Positions 25,229 to 34,999 of a stretch of DNA of 64,000 nt are shown one piece after another. Source of the stretch: Eubacteriales bacterium (GTDB lineage: Bacteria; Bacillota; Clostridia; Oscillospirales; CAG-272); assembly GCA_045594085.1 (NCBI GenBank), contig JAZNXW010000004.1, positions 91,448-155,447 on the forward strand. The letters run 5' to 3'. How positions within the stretch are numbered: the first letter of the stretch is position 1; each line of letters starts with the position of its first letter. The translations under genes and the position numbers were made by a program. Below the pieces are notes generated by a model. That model searched no databases. It saw nothing but the letters and a program-made list of their open reading frames with translations, and had not been told where the DNA came from.

Positions 25229-27235
25229 TCAAATGTCCGCGGCGGAGAGGTAATCAACTCCGTGCTCGGTGATGAAGATCTTGCGTGCGGGAAGGTCGTC
25301 TCCGAGGAGCGTCTCGAAGATGACGGCAGTCTCCGTCGCGTCTGCGGGAGAGACTCGGATGAGACGCCGCGTTGCGGGATTCATCGTTGTCAAAGACATC
25401 ATTTTGGGCTCGTTTTCACCGAGGCCCTTGCTGCGCTGGAGGGTGTATTTTTTGCCTCTTGCATCGAGCTCGGCTGTGATCTCCGCCTTCTCACGTTCAT
25501 TATAGGCGAAATGAGTTTCGGGATTTTTTTCACGCGTTGTGATCTCAAAAAGGGGAGATTCCGCGATGTAGATGCGTCCCTTTTCGATCAGCGTCGGGAG
25601 CAGACGGTAGAACATCGTCAAAATCAGCGTGCGGATCTGGAAGCCGTCCTCATCTGCGTCCGTACAGATGATGATCTTGCTCCAACGGAGCGCGTCGATG
25701 TCAAACTCGTTGTTGTGTCTGCCCTTAGTCTGAATCTCAACGCCGCAGCCGATGACCTTGAGCAGGTCTGTGATGATCTCGCTTTTGAAGATCTTTTCGT
25801 AGGAGCTTTTCAAGCAGTTCAGAGTCTTGCCGCGAACGGGGATGATCGCCTGGAATTCGGCATCGCGTGCAAGCTTGCAGGATGTAAGTGCGGAATCGCC
25901 CTCAACGATGTAGAGCTCGCGGAGCTCGGGATCCTTTGAACGGCAGCCCACGAACTTTTCGACGCGAGAAGCTACGTCGTTCTGGCCTGTCAGCTTCTTT
26001 TTGAGATTGACTCGCGCCGTCTCTGCCTGCTCGCGCGATCTCTTGTTGACGAGCACCTGACGCGAAAACTCCTCCGCATACTGCTTGTTTTCCGCGAAAT
26101 AGTACTCGAGCTGGCGCTTGAGGAACGCGGTCATCGAATCTGCGATGAATTTGTTGGAGACAGCCTCCTTTGTCTGATCCGAGAAGGAGGTGACTGTCGA
26201 GTACGTGTTCGTTACGAGCACAAGACAGTCCTCGATGTCGGAGAAGGTGACGTGAGTTTCGTTTTTGGTGTATTTTCCGTTGTCCTTGAGATATTTGTCA
26301 ACAGCGTAAGCGAACGCGGTCTTTACAGCCTTGTCGGGGGATCCGCCGTGAACGAGGAAGCTCGAGTTGTGGTAATATTCGAGCAGACTGACCTTGTTCG
26401 AGGTCGCAAAAGCGATCTCCGCCTTCAGCTTGTAGTCTGCCTTGTCTGCTCTGTCTCTGCCCACGTCCTCGTATTTCCAAAGTACGGGAGGCGAGATGAC
26501 GTCCTCTCCGACGATTTCGGCAATGTAGTCCGCAATGCCGTTTTCGTAAAGATATACGGATTCCTCAAAAGCTCCGTCCTCGCCTTCGAAGCGCAGGACG
26601 AAACGCACGTTGCTGTTGATGACAGCCTGCTTTTTCAGCGTTTTGTCGAAGTATTCGCGGGGGATGTTGATGTCGGTGAAGACCTCGATGTCAGGACGCC
26701 AACGGATGATTGTGCCGTGCTTCTTTTCGCGGCGTTCTATCGGACGCACGCGAAGCTCCGTCATGGGTTCGCCTCGCTTGAAGTCGATCTCGGAGACGTT
26801 GCCGGCGGAATAGGAGCGGACGTTCATATATTCGGCCGCGTACTGTGTTGCGCACGCACCGAGTCCGTTCATACCGAGCGAAAATTCATAGTTTGATCCG
26901 TCGTCGTTGTTGTTGTATTTGCCGCCTGCGTAGAGCTCGCAAAAGACGAGATCCCAGTTGAAGCGCTGTTCCTTCTCGTTCCATCCGAGCGGAACGCCGC
27001 GTCCCGCGTCCTCGACCTCAAGGGAGCGGTCGCGGTATACGGTGACGGTGATCTCGTTGCCGTAGCCTTCGCGGGCTTCGTCAACGGAGTTTGCGAGTAT
27101 TTCAAAGAAAGCGTGCTCCGCACCGTCGAGCCCGTCCGATCCGAACATAACGGAGGGACGTTTTCTTACTCTGTCGGGGCCCTTGAGGGCGGATATGCTT
27201 CTGTCGTCGTAGGTTTGTGTTTTGGTTTTTGCCAT
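25229..27235 (-). CDS. Type IIA topoisomerase subunit B (ParE/GyrB paralogue)
   Basis: GHKL ATPase N-terminus (EILANSVDEA, DAGRGVP, GLNGLGA-like GMNGLGA), Toprim (EGDSA) and PLRGK-like VRGKTLN. Trimmed to the ATG at 27235, which has a GGAGGA RBS. No A subunit is adjacent. Confidence 0.88.
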   Translation of the reverse strand: MAKTKTQTYDDRSISALKGPDRVRKRPSVMFGSDGLDGAEHAFFEILANSVDEAREGYGNEITVTVYRDRSLEVEDAGRGVPLGWNEKEQRFNWDLVFCELYAGGKYNNNDDGSNYEFSLGMNGLGACATQYAAEYMNVRSYSAGNVSEIDFKRGEPMTELRVRPIERREKKHGTIIRWRPDIEVFTDINIPREYFDKTLKKQAVINSNVRFVLRFEGEDGAFEESVYLYENGIADYIAEIVGEDVISPPVLWKYEDVGRDRADKADYKLKAEIAFATSNKVSLLEYYHNSSFLVHGGSPDKAVKTAFAYAVDKYLKDNGKYTKNETHVTFSDIEDCLVLVTNTYSTVTSFSDQTKEAVSNKFIADSMTAFLKRQLEYYFAENKQYAEEFSRQVLVNKRSREQAETARVNLKKKLTGQNDVASRVEKFVGCRSKDPELRELYIVEGDSALTSCKLARDAEFQAIIPVRGKTLNCLKSSYEKIFKSEIITDLLKVIGCGVEIQTKGRHNNEFDIDALRWSKIIICTDADEDGFQIRTLILTMFYRLLPTLIEKGRIYIAESPLFEITTREKNPETHFAYNEREKAEITAELDARGKKYTLQRSKGLGENEPKMMSLTTMNPATRRLIRVSPADATETAVIFETLLGDDLPARKIFITEHGVDYLSAADI

Positions 27236-27278
27236 TAAATCCTCCATACGGTGCCTTGGCACCGAATATCCATTTTAT

Positions 27279-27307
27279 AATATACCACAGATTTTGAAAA
27301 ATAGCAA
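27279..27307 (-). promoter_or_regulatory. Candidate sigma-A promoter for the topoisomerase B gene
   Basis: On the minus strand, TTGCTA (27302-27307), a 17-nt spacer, then TATATT (27279-27284), with TG two nt upstream of the -10. Confidence 0.5.
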
Positions 27308-27376
27308 GAGGGGCGATCACGGCATGATACGCTTGCCTGCGTTCACGCACAGAGAGTGCAGCTTACAAAACACAAA

Positions 27377-27405
27377 CAAAAAGCACCGATTTCTCGGAGC
27401 TTTTT
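27377..27405 (-). terminator. Rho-independent terminator after the abrB-like gene
   Basis: On the minus strand, aaaaagctccga-gaaa-tcggtgcttttt. This is a one-mismatch copy of the hairpin at 36399 and 57161. Confidence 0.7.
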
Positions 27406-27412
27406 CATTTGT

Positions 27413-27688
27413 TTATACGCCTAAGCCTTCGACTTCGCCTTTTTCGAACTGCTCGCTGATGTGCTTGAAGCATTCCTTGCAGATGAGCTTGCCGCCGAAG
27501 CGGGTTGCTTCGCCTGCATTGCCGCAGAACATGCACGCGGGTTCATATTTGCGGAGCACGATCGTGTCCTTGTCCATATATATCTCAAGAGCGTCCTTTG
27601 TCTTGATTCCGAGAACGTTTCTCGTTTCGACGGGAAGTACGATCCTTCCGAGCTCGTCAACTTTTCTTACAATGCCTGTAGCTTTCAT
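27413..27688 (-). CDS. abrB: AbrB/SpoVT-family transition-state regulator with a C-terminal CxxC...CxxC tail
   Basis: MKATGIVRKVDELGRIVLPVETRNVLGIKTKDALEIY is the swapped-hairpin AbrB N-domain. The C-terminus carries CMFCG...CKEC. Trimmed to the ATG at 27688. Confidence 0.88.
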   Translation of the reverse strand: MKATGIVRKVDELGRIVLPVETRNVLGIKTKDALEIYMDKDTIVLRKYEPACMFCGNAGEATRFGGKLICKECFKHISEQFEKGEVEGLGV

Positions 27689-27919
27689 TTCAGTCTCCGT
27701 TCCGCCGACTTTGCGGCATAAGTTGTAATTAAGCGAAAAACGGGGCGGATAACGCAAGTTTTCACGCTCCTGCAACCCATTATTTTACATAACAGTTTGG
27801 CAACTGCATACATTTCCTTAATTCAACACAAGTATATCATTATCATCGACTGATGTCAACAAAAATAAAGCAAATTCGCCTTATTTTTTTGACACGAAAC
27901 CGCGAAAGGCGTGTCAAAA

Positions 27920-27950
27920 AACAAAGAAAACGCGGACTTGTCCGCGTTTT
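27920..27950 (-). terminator. Rho-independent terminator after ftsH
   Basis: On the minus strand, aaaacgcgga-caag-tccgcgTTTTCTTTGTTTTTT. Confidence 0.7.
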
Positions 27951-27975
27951 CCTGCTTTTTTGTTTGATTTTGCGA

Positions 27976-30030
27976 TCAGTGACGCTCGTCAGGAGGGAAT
28001 CTGTCGTCGGGATCGATTCCGTGACGCGCCGCCTGCTCACGCGCTCTGCGCTCCGCTTCCGCACGGCGCTCGCGATCCTTGCGATCGAGCTCCTCGAGAT
28101 ACTTGCGGCGAGCCGCATTTTCTTCTTCGCTCTTCTTTTTCTTGTCTGCAACAAGAGCGTCAAGGTCCTCGTACGTTACGTTCTCGCCCGTCATTGCGAG
28201 CTCAAACTGCGCTGCATCCATGATTTCACGCTCGATCAGATAGCCGGCAACGAAATGGAGCTTATCCTTGTTTTCGGAAAGGATGCGTTCCGCTTCCGCA
28301 TATGCTGTCTCGACGATGTGCTTGATTTCCATATCGATCTTGTAAGCGGTCTCTTCGGAGTAATTTCTCGCAGAGGAGAAGTCTCTGCCGAGGAAGACCT
28401 CACCGCTGCTGCTTTCGGATCCGTAAACGATCGGACCGAGAGCCTCGGTCATACCGTACTTGGTGACCATGTTTCTTGCGATGGAGGTCGCGCGTTGGAT
28501 GTCGTTGGACGCGCCCGCGGAGATGTCACCGAAAATGATCGCTTCGGCAACTCTGCCGCCGAGGAGCATAATGATCTCCTCCTTCAGACTCTGCTTATAG
28601 ACGTTGTGCTTATCCTCCTTAGGGAGAGAAAGCGTATATCCGAGCGCTCTGCCTGCAGGGATAACGGAAATGTGATGAACGGGATCCTGCGTGGGCAGAT
28701 AGAATCCGAGAAGCGCGTGTCCCGCCTCGTGATATGCGGTGTTGCGCTTTTCCTTTTCGCTGATCTGAAGAGACTTTTTCTGCGGACCTGCGATGACCTT
28801 TATCATCGCTTCTTCCATATCGGTCATACCGATGAGGGATTTGCCTTTTCTTGCTGCAAGGAGTGCCGCTTCGTTGAGCAGGTTTTCGAGATCTGCACCT
28901 GTGAAGCCTGCGGTGGTTTTTGCTATCGTCTCGAAGCTTACGTCAGCCTCAAACGGCTTGCCGCGTCCGTGAACCTTGAGGATTGCCTCTCTGCCCTTGA
29001 CATCGGGATAGTTGACGGTGATCTCACGGTCAAATCTGCCCGGACGGAGGAGTGCGGGGTCGAGGATGTCGGGACGGTTGGTTGCCGCCATTACGATGAC
29101 GCCGTCGTTGGAGCCGAAGCCGTCCATCTCAACGAGGAGCTGGTTGAGCGTCTGCTCTCTTTCATCGTGTCCGCCGCCGAGACCTGCGCCTCTGTGGCGT
29201 CCGACAGCGTCGATCTCATCGATAAAGATGATGCTTGCGGGATTTTTCTTTGCCGTTTCAAAAAGATCGCGTACACGGGATGCACCGACGCCGACGTACA
29301 TTTCAACGAAATCGGAGCCGGAGATGGAGTAGAAGGGGACTCCCGCCTCACCGGCAACAGCCTTTGCGAGAAGGGTTTTACCCGTGCCGGGAGGGCCTAC
29401 GAGAAGCACACCGTGCGGGATTCTCGCGCCGAGCTTTGTGAAGTGAGTGGGATCGCGGAGGAACTCAACGATCTCGCGGAGCTCTTCCTTTTCTTCGTCA
29501 GCGCCCGCGACGTCGCGGAACGTGACCTTGTTTTTGTCGTTTGTGACGAGTCTTGCACGGCTTCTGCCGAAGTTACCGATCTTGGAGCCCTTTCCACCGC
29601 CTGCCTGACCCATCATGAAGATCCAGGAGAAAATGAAAAGTCCGATCACGATGAGGTAGGGCAGGAAGCTTACCCACCACGGGATCTGCGTGGGGGGAGG
29701 GAAGTCATAGGCTTCGATGATGCCTGCCGCGTACTGCTCTGCGATGAGCTCGTTGAGGTCAGAGTAGAACAGCGAAAGATCGCGGAGCTCGTATTCAACG
29801 TAGCCAACGCCCTCGCTGCCGTCTGCAAGCTCCTTGCGGACCTCCATGGTGAGGACGTTGTCTCCGTCTACGACGAATTTGGTTACCTTTTCGTCGTGGA
29901 AGTAGTCAAGGATCTCGCTGTACGTTGCCCCGTCGTCGGCGGCACTGTCAAAGAGTGCCGCTGTCGCCACGATGATGACGGCGATCAGCGCAACATAAAA
30001 TAAAATTACTTTGAAGTTGTTTTTTTTCAT
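27976..30030 (-). CDS. ftsH: ATP-dependent zinc metalloprotease FtsH
   Basis: Two TM helices, Walker A (GPPGTGKT), SRH region and an HEAGH zinc motif. Basic and acidic C-terminal tail. Confidence 0.95.
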   Translation of the reverse strand: MKKNNFKVILFYVALIAVIIVATAALFDSAADDGATYSEILDYFHDEKVTKFVVDGDNVLTMEVRKELADGSEGVGYVEYELRDLSLFYSDLNELIAEQYAAGIIEAYDFPPPTQIPWWVSFLPYLIVIGLFIFSWIFMMGQAGGGKGSKIGNFGRSRARLVTNDKNKVTFRDVAGADEEKEELREIVEFLRDPTHFTKLGARIPHGVLLVGPPGTGKTLLAKAVAGEAGVPFYSISGSDFVEMYVGVGASRVRDLFETAKKNPASIIFIDEIDAVGRHRGAGLGGGHDEREQTLNQLLVEMDGFGSNDGVIVMAATNRPDILDPALLRPGRFDREITVNYPDVKGREAILKVHGRGKPFEADVSFETIAKTTAGFTGADLENLLNEAALLAARKGKSLIGMTDMEEAMIKVIAGPQKKSLQISEKEKRNTAYHEAGHALLGFYLPTQDPVHHISVIPAGRALGYTLSLPKEDKHNVYKQSLKEEIIMLLGGRVAEAIIFGDISAGASNDIQRATSIARNMVTKYGMTEALGPIVYGSESSSGEVFLGRDFSSARNYSEETAYKIDMEIKHIVETAYAEAERILSENKDKLHFVAGYLIEREIMDAAQFELAMTGENVTYEDLDALVADKKKKSEEENAARRKYLEELDRKDRERRAEAERRAREQAARHGIDPDDRFPPDERH

Positions 30031-30068
30031 GCTTGGATAGTGTTCTCCGGTTTGTGATTATCTTTATT

Positions 30069-30641
30069 TTATTCGTAGCACTCGGGCGAAAGTACGCCGA
30101 TGTAGGGGAGTGCGCGGAATTTTTCGTCAAAGTCCAGACCGAAACCGACAACGAATTCATCGGGGATGACGAATCCACTGAAATCGGGCTCGAGGTCAAC
30201 GACACGGCGGCTCGGCTTATCGAGAAGTGTGCAGGTCTTAACAGATGCGGCACCCTTTAAGTACAGATACTCGATGAGATAGGAGAGCGTGCGTCCGCTG
30301 TCGATGATGTCTTCTACGATCAGGATGTCGCTTGTTGCCATGTCTTTGCGCGTGAGGTCAAGCAGGATGGATATCGTCTTGGACGATTCGGTGCCTCCGC
30401 CGTAGGATGAGACCTTCATAAAGTCGATCTCAACGGGAAGCTTGATGCGCTTCATAAGCTCTGCCATAAATACAACGGAGCCTTTGAGGATACAAAGGAG
30501 CACGAGATTGTTTTCGGATTCGGCATACGCCTCGTCGATCTGCTTTGCAATCTCTTCAACCTTTTTTGCGATCTCTTCCTCAGAGATGAGGACCTTTGCG
30601 ATGTCAGCTTCGGGGAGCCTTTTCTTGTCGTTGAAGTTCAC
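30069..30641 (-). CDS. hpt: Hypoxanthine phosphoribosyltransferase
   Basis: PRPP-binding motif ILIVEDIIDSGRT. Sits in the tilS-hpt-ftsH order seen in Bacillus. Confidence 0.92.
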   Translation of the reverse strand: MNFNDKKRLPEADIAKVLISEEEIAKKVEEIAKQIDEAYAESENNLVLLCILKGSVVFMAELMKRIKLPVEIDFMKVSSYGGGTESSKTISILLDLTRKDMATSDILIVEDIIDSGRTLSYLIEYLYLKGAASVKTCTLLDKPSRRVVDLEPDFSGFVIPDEFVVGFGLDFDEKFRALPYIGVLSPECYE

Positions 30642-30685
30642 AGTCGTTTCCGCCTTTTATCTTTATTTGTTGATCGTGTTGCGCG

Positions 30686-32191
30686 TCAGAGTATCTCTTT
30701 TTCCGAGCACGCAAAATAGATGTTGAGTTCTTTTTCGTGGCAGTCACCGTCCTTTATCTCCACTCCGTCGCGCGCGTCCATGTACGGGATCCATACGATT
30801 CCGTCGCAGTCACAGAATACGGGGAGGAAGTTGCGTACGTCGAGTGGGATCTTGTACTCGCAGTACAGCTTCTTTGTCAGCTTTGACATACCGCCGGAGG
30901 TGATCTTGTCGCCTGCGGTGCGGTTCCTTATATAAAGATTACCACAAATTTTATCAGAGGCAATTCTCTTGTGTATAAATATTTTGTAAATATTCTTGTT
31001 TTTTAACTCGAATTCCTTGTCCGGCTCGCGCGAAACGAGCAATTTTGCGTTCAGCTCGGGGATATCGTGGAGTCCTTCACCGATCGGGATCCAGAATTCG
31101 GGGACGTATCTGTATTTGCCCTCATATTCCTCCTCGCCGATGAAGAAAAATTCATCTCCCTCAACTGCGGCACAGATCTTCTGCGGCAGCGAGATGCGCG
31201 AATGAGCGCCTCCCCACCAGATGATGCGCGAAACGGATCTGATGTGCGTGAAATCGAGCGTTATGTAGGGACGCGATCTGCCGTAGAGCGCCTCTGCGGC
31301 ACGGTCATACATATAGCGGATAACGCGCGAAGAGATAGCGGGCTCCTGGGACGCGAGCAGCTTTCTGTCGCAGGACGTTTCAATGCCGTTTTCCTTGACG
31401 AACTTCATCGCCTGTCCCTGGATGTAGACCTCATCGTTGCGCAGGAGCGTGCAAAGCTGAGAGATGGCGACCTCGGGAGAGGGATTGATGTAGGAAAGTC
31501 TGGGCAAGATTTCCTTGCGGATGTAATTTCTCGTGTAGTCCGTGTTTGCGTTGGTGGTGTCAGTGACGTACTCGATGTCGTTGGCAATGCAGTAACCGAC
31601 GATCTCGCTTCTTGTGCAGTAGATCAGCGGACGGAACACCCTTTCGCCTCTGACGGGAGGAATTCCTGAGAGTCCGCGTGTTCCTGCGCCTCTGAGCATA
31701 TTGAAAAGTACCGTCTCCATATTGTCTTCGGCGTGATGCGCGAGCGCGATGTGACGAAGCTCCTCGTGCTCGTCGATGAGCTTGTGGAAGGTCCAATAAC
31801 GCACGTTTCTCGCCATTTCCTCAAGCCCCTTACCTTGTTCCTTCGCCATCGCGGGAACGTCGTAATGCTCGACGTAAAGCGTGACTCCGAGATCCTCGCA
31901 GACCTTGCGGCAGAACGCCTCGTCGCGGTCCGCTTCCTCGCCGCGGATGCCGTGATGGACGTGGACGGCGGCTATGTGGATGTTGTGATCGAGAGCGTAC
32001 TTGTGCAGATAATGAAGAAGCGCGCCCGAGTCGGCGCCTCCGGAGTATCCGACGAGGATGCCGTTGAGCTTGCGGTCCATACCGAAATCTCTTATAGCTT
32101 GTTCGATTTTCTGCTCGACCATACGGCTGATGCTGCTTTTATCCACTGAGTCACCCTCTTTCATTTGGCTGTACAAAAAACATTCTACCAT
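30686..32191 (-). CDS. tilS: tRNA(Ile)-lysidine synthetase TilS
   Basis: PP-loop GYSGGADS and a TilS C-terminal domain. The true start may be an internal ATG (32164 or 32122), and no strong RBS decides it. Confidence 0.88.
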   Translation of the reverse strand: MVECFLYSQMKEGDSVDKSSISRMVEQKIEQAIRDFGMDRKLNGILVGYSGGADSGALLHYLHKYALDHNIHIAAVHVHHGIRGEEADRDEAFCRKVCEDLGVTLYVEHYDVPAMAKEQGKGLEEMARNVRYWTFHKLIDEHEELRHIALAHHAEDNMETVLFNMLRGAGTRGLSGIPPVRGERVFRPLIYCTRSEIVGYCIANDIEYVTDTTNANTDYTRNYIRKEILPRLSYINPSPEVAISQLCTLLRNDEVYIQGQAMKFVKENGIETSCDRKLLASQEPAISSRVIRYMYDRAAEALYGRSRPYITLDFTHIRSVSRIIWWGGAHSRISLPQKICAAVEGDEFFFIGEEEYEGKYRYVPEFWIPIGEGLHDIPELNAKLLVSREPDKEFELKNKNIYKIFIHKRIASDKICGNLYIRNRTAGDKITSGGMSKLTKKLYCEYKIPLDVRNFLPVFCDCDGIVWIPYMDARDGVEIKDGDCHEKELNIYFACSEKEIL

Positions 32192-32245
32192 ATATTATTG
32201 AATTCTTCAAGTGAATATGGAGCTTTTTTCAAGAAAGAAGATGCA

Positions 32246-32273
32246 TAAAAAAAGCACGCGGTGCGTGCTTTTA
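32246..32273 (-). terminator. Rho-independent terminator after ORF 32271..32573
   Basis: On the minus strand, aaaagcacgc-acc-gcgtgcttttttt, overlapping the stop codon. Confidence 0.7.
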
Positions 32274-32573
32274 TACGATCATGTCCTCTATCACGTCATA
32301 AACCGTACACGGGGTGACCGAGCCTGCGACAAGGGATGAGAACAGCGCCTTCGCCGTGTCCTTGCGAGATGAAACGTCGCGTAGGAGCGCGGTGTCCGTT
32401 TCTTCGTTGGCGACGGTGACGATGAGGCAGGTGTATGCGGTGCGTTGTGATGCTGTTTCCGGGTCGAAGACTGATTCCTTTATGAGTTGATAGAAGCTGA
32501 CTACGCCGTTTTCCGAGGTAACGGCTGTATCGGTGACGGTGCCAACGAGCTTTACTGAGAATGTTTCTGTCAC
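32271..32573 (-). CDS. Small cytoplasmic protein, function unknown
   Basis: 100 aa with protein-like composition and its own terminator. No family confidently recognised. Confidence 0.5.
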   Translation of the reverse strand: MTETFSVKLVGTVTDTAVTSENGVVSFYQLIKESVFDPETASQRTAYTCLIVTVANEETDTALLRDVSSRKDTAKALFSSLVAGSVTPCTVYDVIEDMIV

Positions 32574-32877
32574 TTTCCTTGTGTCTCCTTTGCGATTTGG
32601 GTGTTACGTATTAGATTTTAGCATTGAAGCAAACGTCGCTTTTGTCAAAATCCGCTGCGGCTGAGAGTCGGATCGGTGATACTTTGCGAAAATGACGGAT
32701 AATGTGCTCTTTTTCGCGAATGAAAAGCGCATAAAGATTCATTTATGATCGCAATTTTTTCAAATTTCGCGGAAGATAACACCTGCGCTCACCCTGATTT
32801 TTGCGTCGGATTTTTTTTGGTGACGGGTAATTTTACACAGCTGTTAATAATTGAAAAGCCCCTGGAAATCTTTGATT

Positions 32878-32906
32878 ATTGCGCTTAAAGTCGAACTGTA
32901 TTATAA
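32878..32906 (+). promoter_or_regulatory. Candidate sigma-A promoter for the small membrane protein gene
   Basis: TTGCGC (32878-32883), a 17-nt spacer, then TATAAT (32901-32906). Confidence 0.45.
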
Positions 32907-32944
32907 TATTTTCGACAGAAAATTTTAATAAAGGACAAAGCAAA

Positions 32945-33217
32945 ATGAAAAGATTGTCAATTTATGCAAATATACGCAAGCTGATACATAAATGTGTCGA
33001 ATCCGCCCTCTTTCCGTTTATTTTTTCGGCATTTTTTCTCGGATGCGCCGCCTTTATGCTTGCCGCAGCAGTGCTGCTTGCCGACGCCGCATACGCGGGA
33101 CGGGCGGATTTTCATTTCGTCAGCCGTATTTTACCGATGATGACCGACTCCTCATCGATCACGGCGGTGCTCGCCGTCGGCGGAGGTGCATTTCTCGCCG
33201 GACTGCACCGCAGTTGA
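32945..33217 (+). CDS. Small membrane protein, function unknown
   Basis: Internal ATG at 32945 with AAAGGA about 9 nt upstream. 90 aa with two hydrophobic segments. Confidence 0.4.
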   Translation: MKRLSIYANIRKLIHKCVESALFPFIFSAFFLGCAAFMLAAAVLLADAAYAGRADFHFVSRILPMMTDSSSITAVLAVGGGAFLAGLHRS

Positions 33218-33260
33218 GCGATTTTTGATAAAACCTCCGCAAATGAAGGTAAAATTTTCC

Positions 33261-33289
33261 TTGACTATCTTTGAGTCATAATGTAAAAT
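33261..33289 (+). promoter_or_regulatory. Candidate sigma-A promoter for the zinc-ribbon repeat protein
   Basis: TTGACT (33261-33266), a 17-nt spacer, then TAAAAT (33284-33289). Confidence 0.55.
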
Positions 33290-33372
33290 ATAGTTGCGGT
33301 GCCGTAAAATCCCGATTTCACACGCCGTCAAATCAAAATTTTGTTATGCTACTTGCATATCGGAGGTAATAT

Positions 33373-34122
33373 ATGGCTCATTTCTGTCCCGGCTGCGGCC
33401 ACAAACTTGAAGATTATATGCAGTTCTGCACCGAATGCGGAACTAAGGCACCCGGAGCAAAGGCTCCCGTGGTTGAGGAAGCTCCCGCGGTAGAGGAAAC
33501 TCCCGTAGCAGAGGAAGCTCCCGTAGTAGAGGAAGTTCCCGTGGTTGAGGAAGTTCCCGTGGTTGAGGAAGCTCCCGCGGTAGAGGAAACTCCCGCGGTA
33601 GAGGAAACTCCCGCGGTAGAGGAAGCTCCCGTAGTGGAGGAAGCTCCCGTAGAGGTCGTTGAGATTCCGGCGCAGACAATTGAGGTACCTGCTCAGACAG
33701 TTGAAATTCCTCATCAGGTGGTTGAAATTCCCGAACAGCACGTAGAAGCGCCCGTAGCAGAGCCCGCACCTGCACCCGTAGCAGAGCCCGTGCCTGCACC
33801 CGCTCCTGTAGTTGTTCCTGCTGAAATTCCCGCAAAGAACGGCATCGTTTCCACAGGCACCTTCTTCGGACTGATGTTCCTTTATCAGATTCCCGTTATC
33901 GGTTGGCTGACCTGCCTCATTCTCTGCTTCGCACCCAAGAAGCACAGCCTGAGACATTACTCCCGCGCAGTTCTCATCTGGGGACTGATCGGACTCTTCT
34001 TCACAGCCGCTATCGCAGGCGCAGCTTATGCGCTCAGCGGAGTGATCTTCGAAAGCCTTGGCGTCGATGCGGATGCATTGATCAAACAGGCACAGGATTT
34101 CATCAATTCCCTCGCAAAATAA
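33373..34122 (+). CDS. Zinc-ribbon membrane protein with a tandem-repeat acidic/proline linker
   Basis: N-terminal CPGCG...CTECG zinc ribbon, 10 copies of (A/T/V)P(V/A)(V/A)EE, 4 copies of a xVEIPxQ heptad, then two or three C-terminal TM helices. Confidence 0.7.
   Translation: MAHFCPGCGHKLEDYMQFCTECGTKAPGAKAPVVEEAPAVEETPVAEEAPVVEEVPVVEEVPVVEEAPAVEETPAVEETPAVEEAPVVEEAPVEVVEIPAQTIEVPAQTVEIPHQVVEIPEQHVEAPVAEPAPAPVAEPVPAPAPVVVPAEIPAKNGIVSTGTFFGLMFLYQIPVIGWLTCLILCFAPKKHSLRHYSRAVLIWGLIGLFFTAAIAGAAYALSGVIFESLGVDADALIKQAQDFINSLAK
33463..33642 (+). repeat. 18-bp in-frame tandem repeat, 10 units
   Basis: The unit gctcccg(y)(r)gt(w)gaggaa encodes APVVEE, APAVEE, TPAVEE or VPVVEE. Several adjacent units are identical. 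Confidence 0.9.
33655..33738 (+). repeat. 21-bp in-frame tandem repeat, 4 units
   Basis: Encodes VVEIPAQ, TIEVPAQ, TVEIPHQ and VVEIPEQ. Confidence 0.85.
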
Positions 34123-34125
34123 TGA

Positions 34126-34151
34126 AAAAGCACCCGAAAGGGTGCTTTTTT
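34126..34151 (+). terminator. Rho-independent terminator after the zinc-ribbon gene
   Basis: aaaaagcaccc-gaaa-gggtgctttttt, identical to the hairpin at 25194. Confidence 0.8.
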
Positions 34152-34249
34152 GCCGTTCGTGTACGCAGAAACGAATAAAAAATACAAATTTTCGACATTT
34201 TCTATTTACTTTCGCGAACGGGCGTGTTATTATATATTGATGAGATTTT

Positions 34250-34378
34250 TAACAGGGTACAGAGATGCCGCGAAGGTCTTTATTCGTCATCACGCACGGC
34301 TGCGCATTGACGCGTCCGCGCGCGATCATACGCGACCATAGCGGATCGGCTCGCCTCTGTGCGGGTCTTTATTTTTGC
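34250..34378 (+). promoter_or_regulatory. Candidate PyrR-binding leader and transcription attenuator upstream of pyrR
   Basis: GGGUACAGAGAUGCCGCGAAGGUC resembles the PyrR binding loop (..UCCAGAGAGGCU..AAGG..) with about 2 mismatches. Downstream there is a terminator-like hairpin ggctcgc-ctctgt-gcgggtc followed by tttattttt. ACAGAG (34259-34264) can pair with CTCTGT (34356-34361) as an alternative structure. A possible promoter is TTTACT, 17 nt, TATTAT at 34205-34233. Confidence 0.5.
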
Positions 34379-34396
34379 AAAAAAGGAGGTCCTCGT

Positions 34397-34933
34397 ATGA
34401 CGCATAAAGCAGAGCTTATGGATGAATCCGCAGTAAAACGCTCTATCGCGAGGATCACTCACGAGATCATCGAGCGCTACCGCGGAAGCGAAAATCTTGT
34501 GCTCATCGGAATAAAGCGACGCGGTCTGCCGATTGCAAAAATGATCGCGGATAATGTAAACCGCTTTGAGGGCGTGTCCGTTCCCGTCGGATATATTGAC
34601 ATCACCCTTTACCGTGACGATCTCTCCGAGGCAAGCAGTGATCCCGAAGCCTCCGATACTCACGTTCCCGTTGACATAACCGGGAAAAGCGTTATCCTTG
34701 TCGATGACGTGATCTATACGGGCAGGACAGCACGCGCCGCCATTGAGGGTGTGTTCGCGCACGGCCGTCCTTCCTCGATCGGACTTGCCGTTCTCATTGA
34801 CAGAGGTCACCGCGAGCTCCCCATACGTCCCGATTTCGTCGGTAAAAACATACCGACCGCAAAATCGGAGGTAATCGCAGTTCACGTCCCCGAATTCGAC
34901 GGAGACACACGCGTTCTTCTCTGCGACGCTTGA
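34397..34933 (+). CDS. pyrR: Bifunctional pyr operon regulator / uracil phosphoribosyltransferase PyrR
   Basis: Trimmed to the ATG at 34397 (AAAGGAGG RBS). LMDESAVKRSIARITHEIIER...LIGIKRRG...VILVDDVIYTGRTARAA. Confidence 0.92.
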   Translation: MTHKAELMDESAVKRSIARITHEIIERYRGSENLVLIGIKRRGLPIAKMIADNVNRFEGVSVPVGYIDITLYRDDLSEASSDPEASDTHVPVDITGKSVILVDDVIYTGRTARAAIEGVFAHGRPSSIGLAVLIDRGHRELPIRPDFVGKNIPTAKSEVIAVHVPEFDGDTRVLLCDA

Positions 34934-34999
34934 TTCAGTTGATATTCTCCTTTCGACGGAGATTATTAATATAAAATTTTTATGGAGGAAAGTTTTCAA

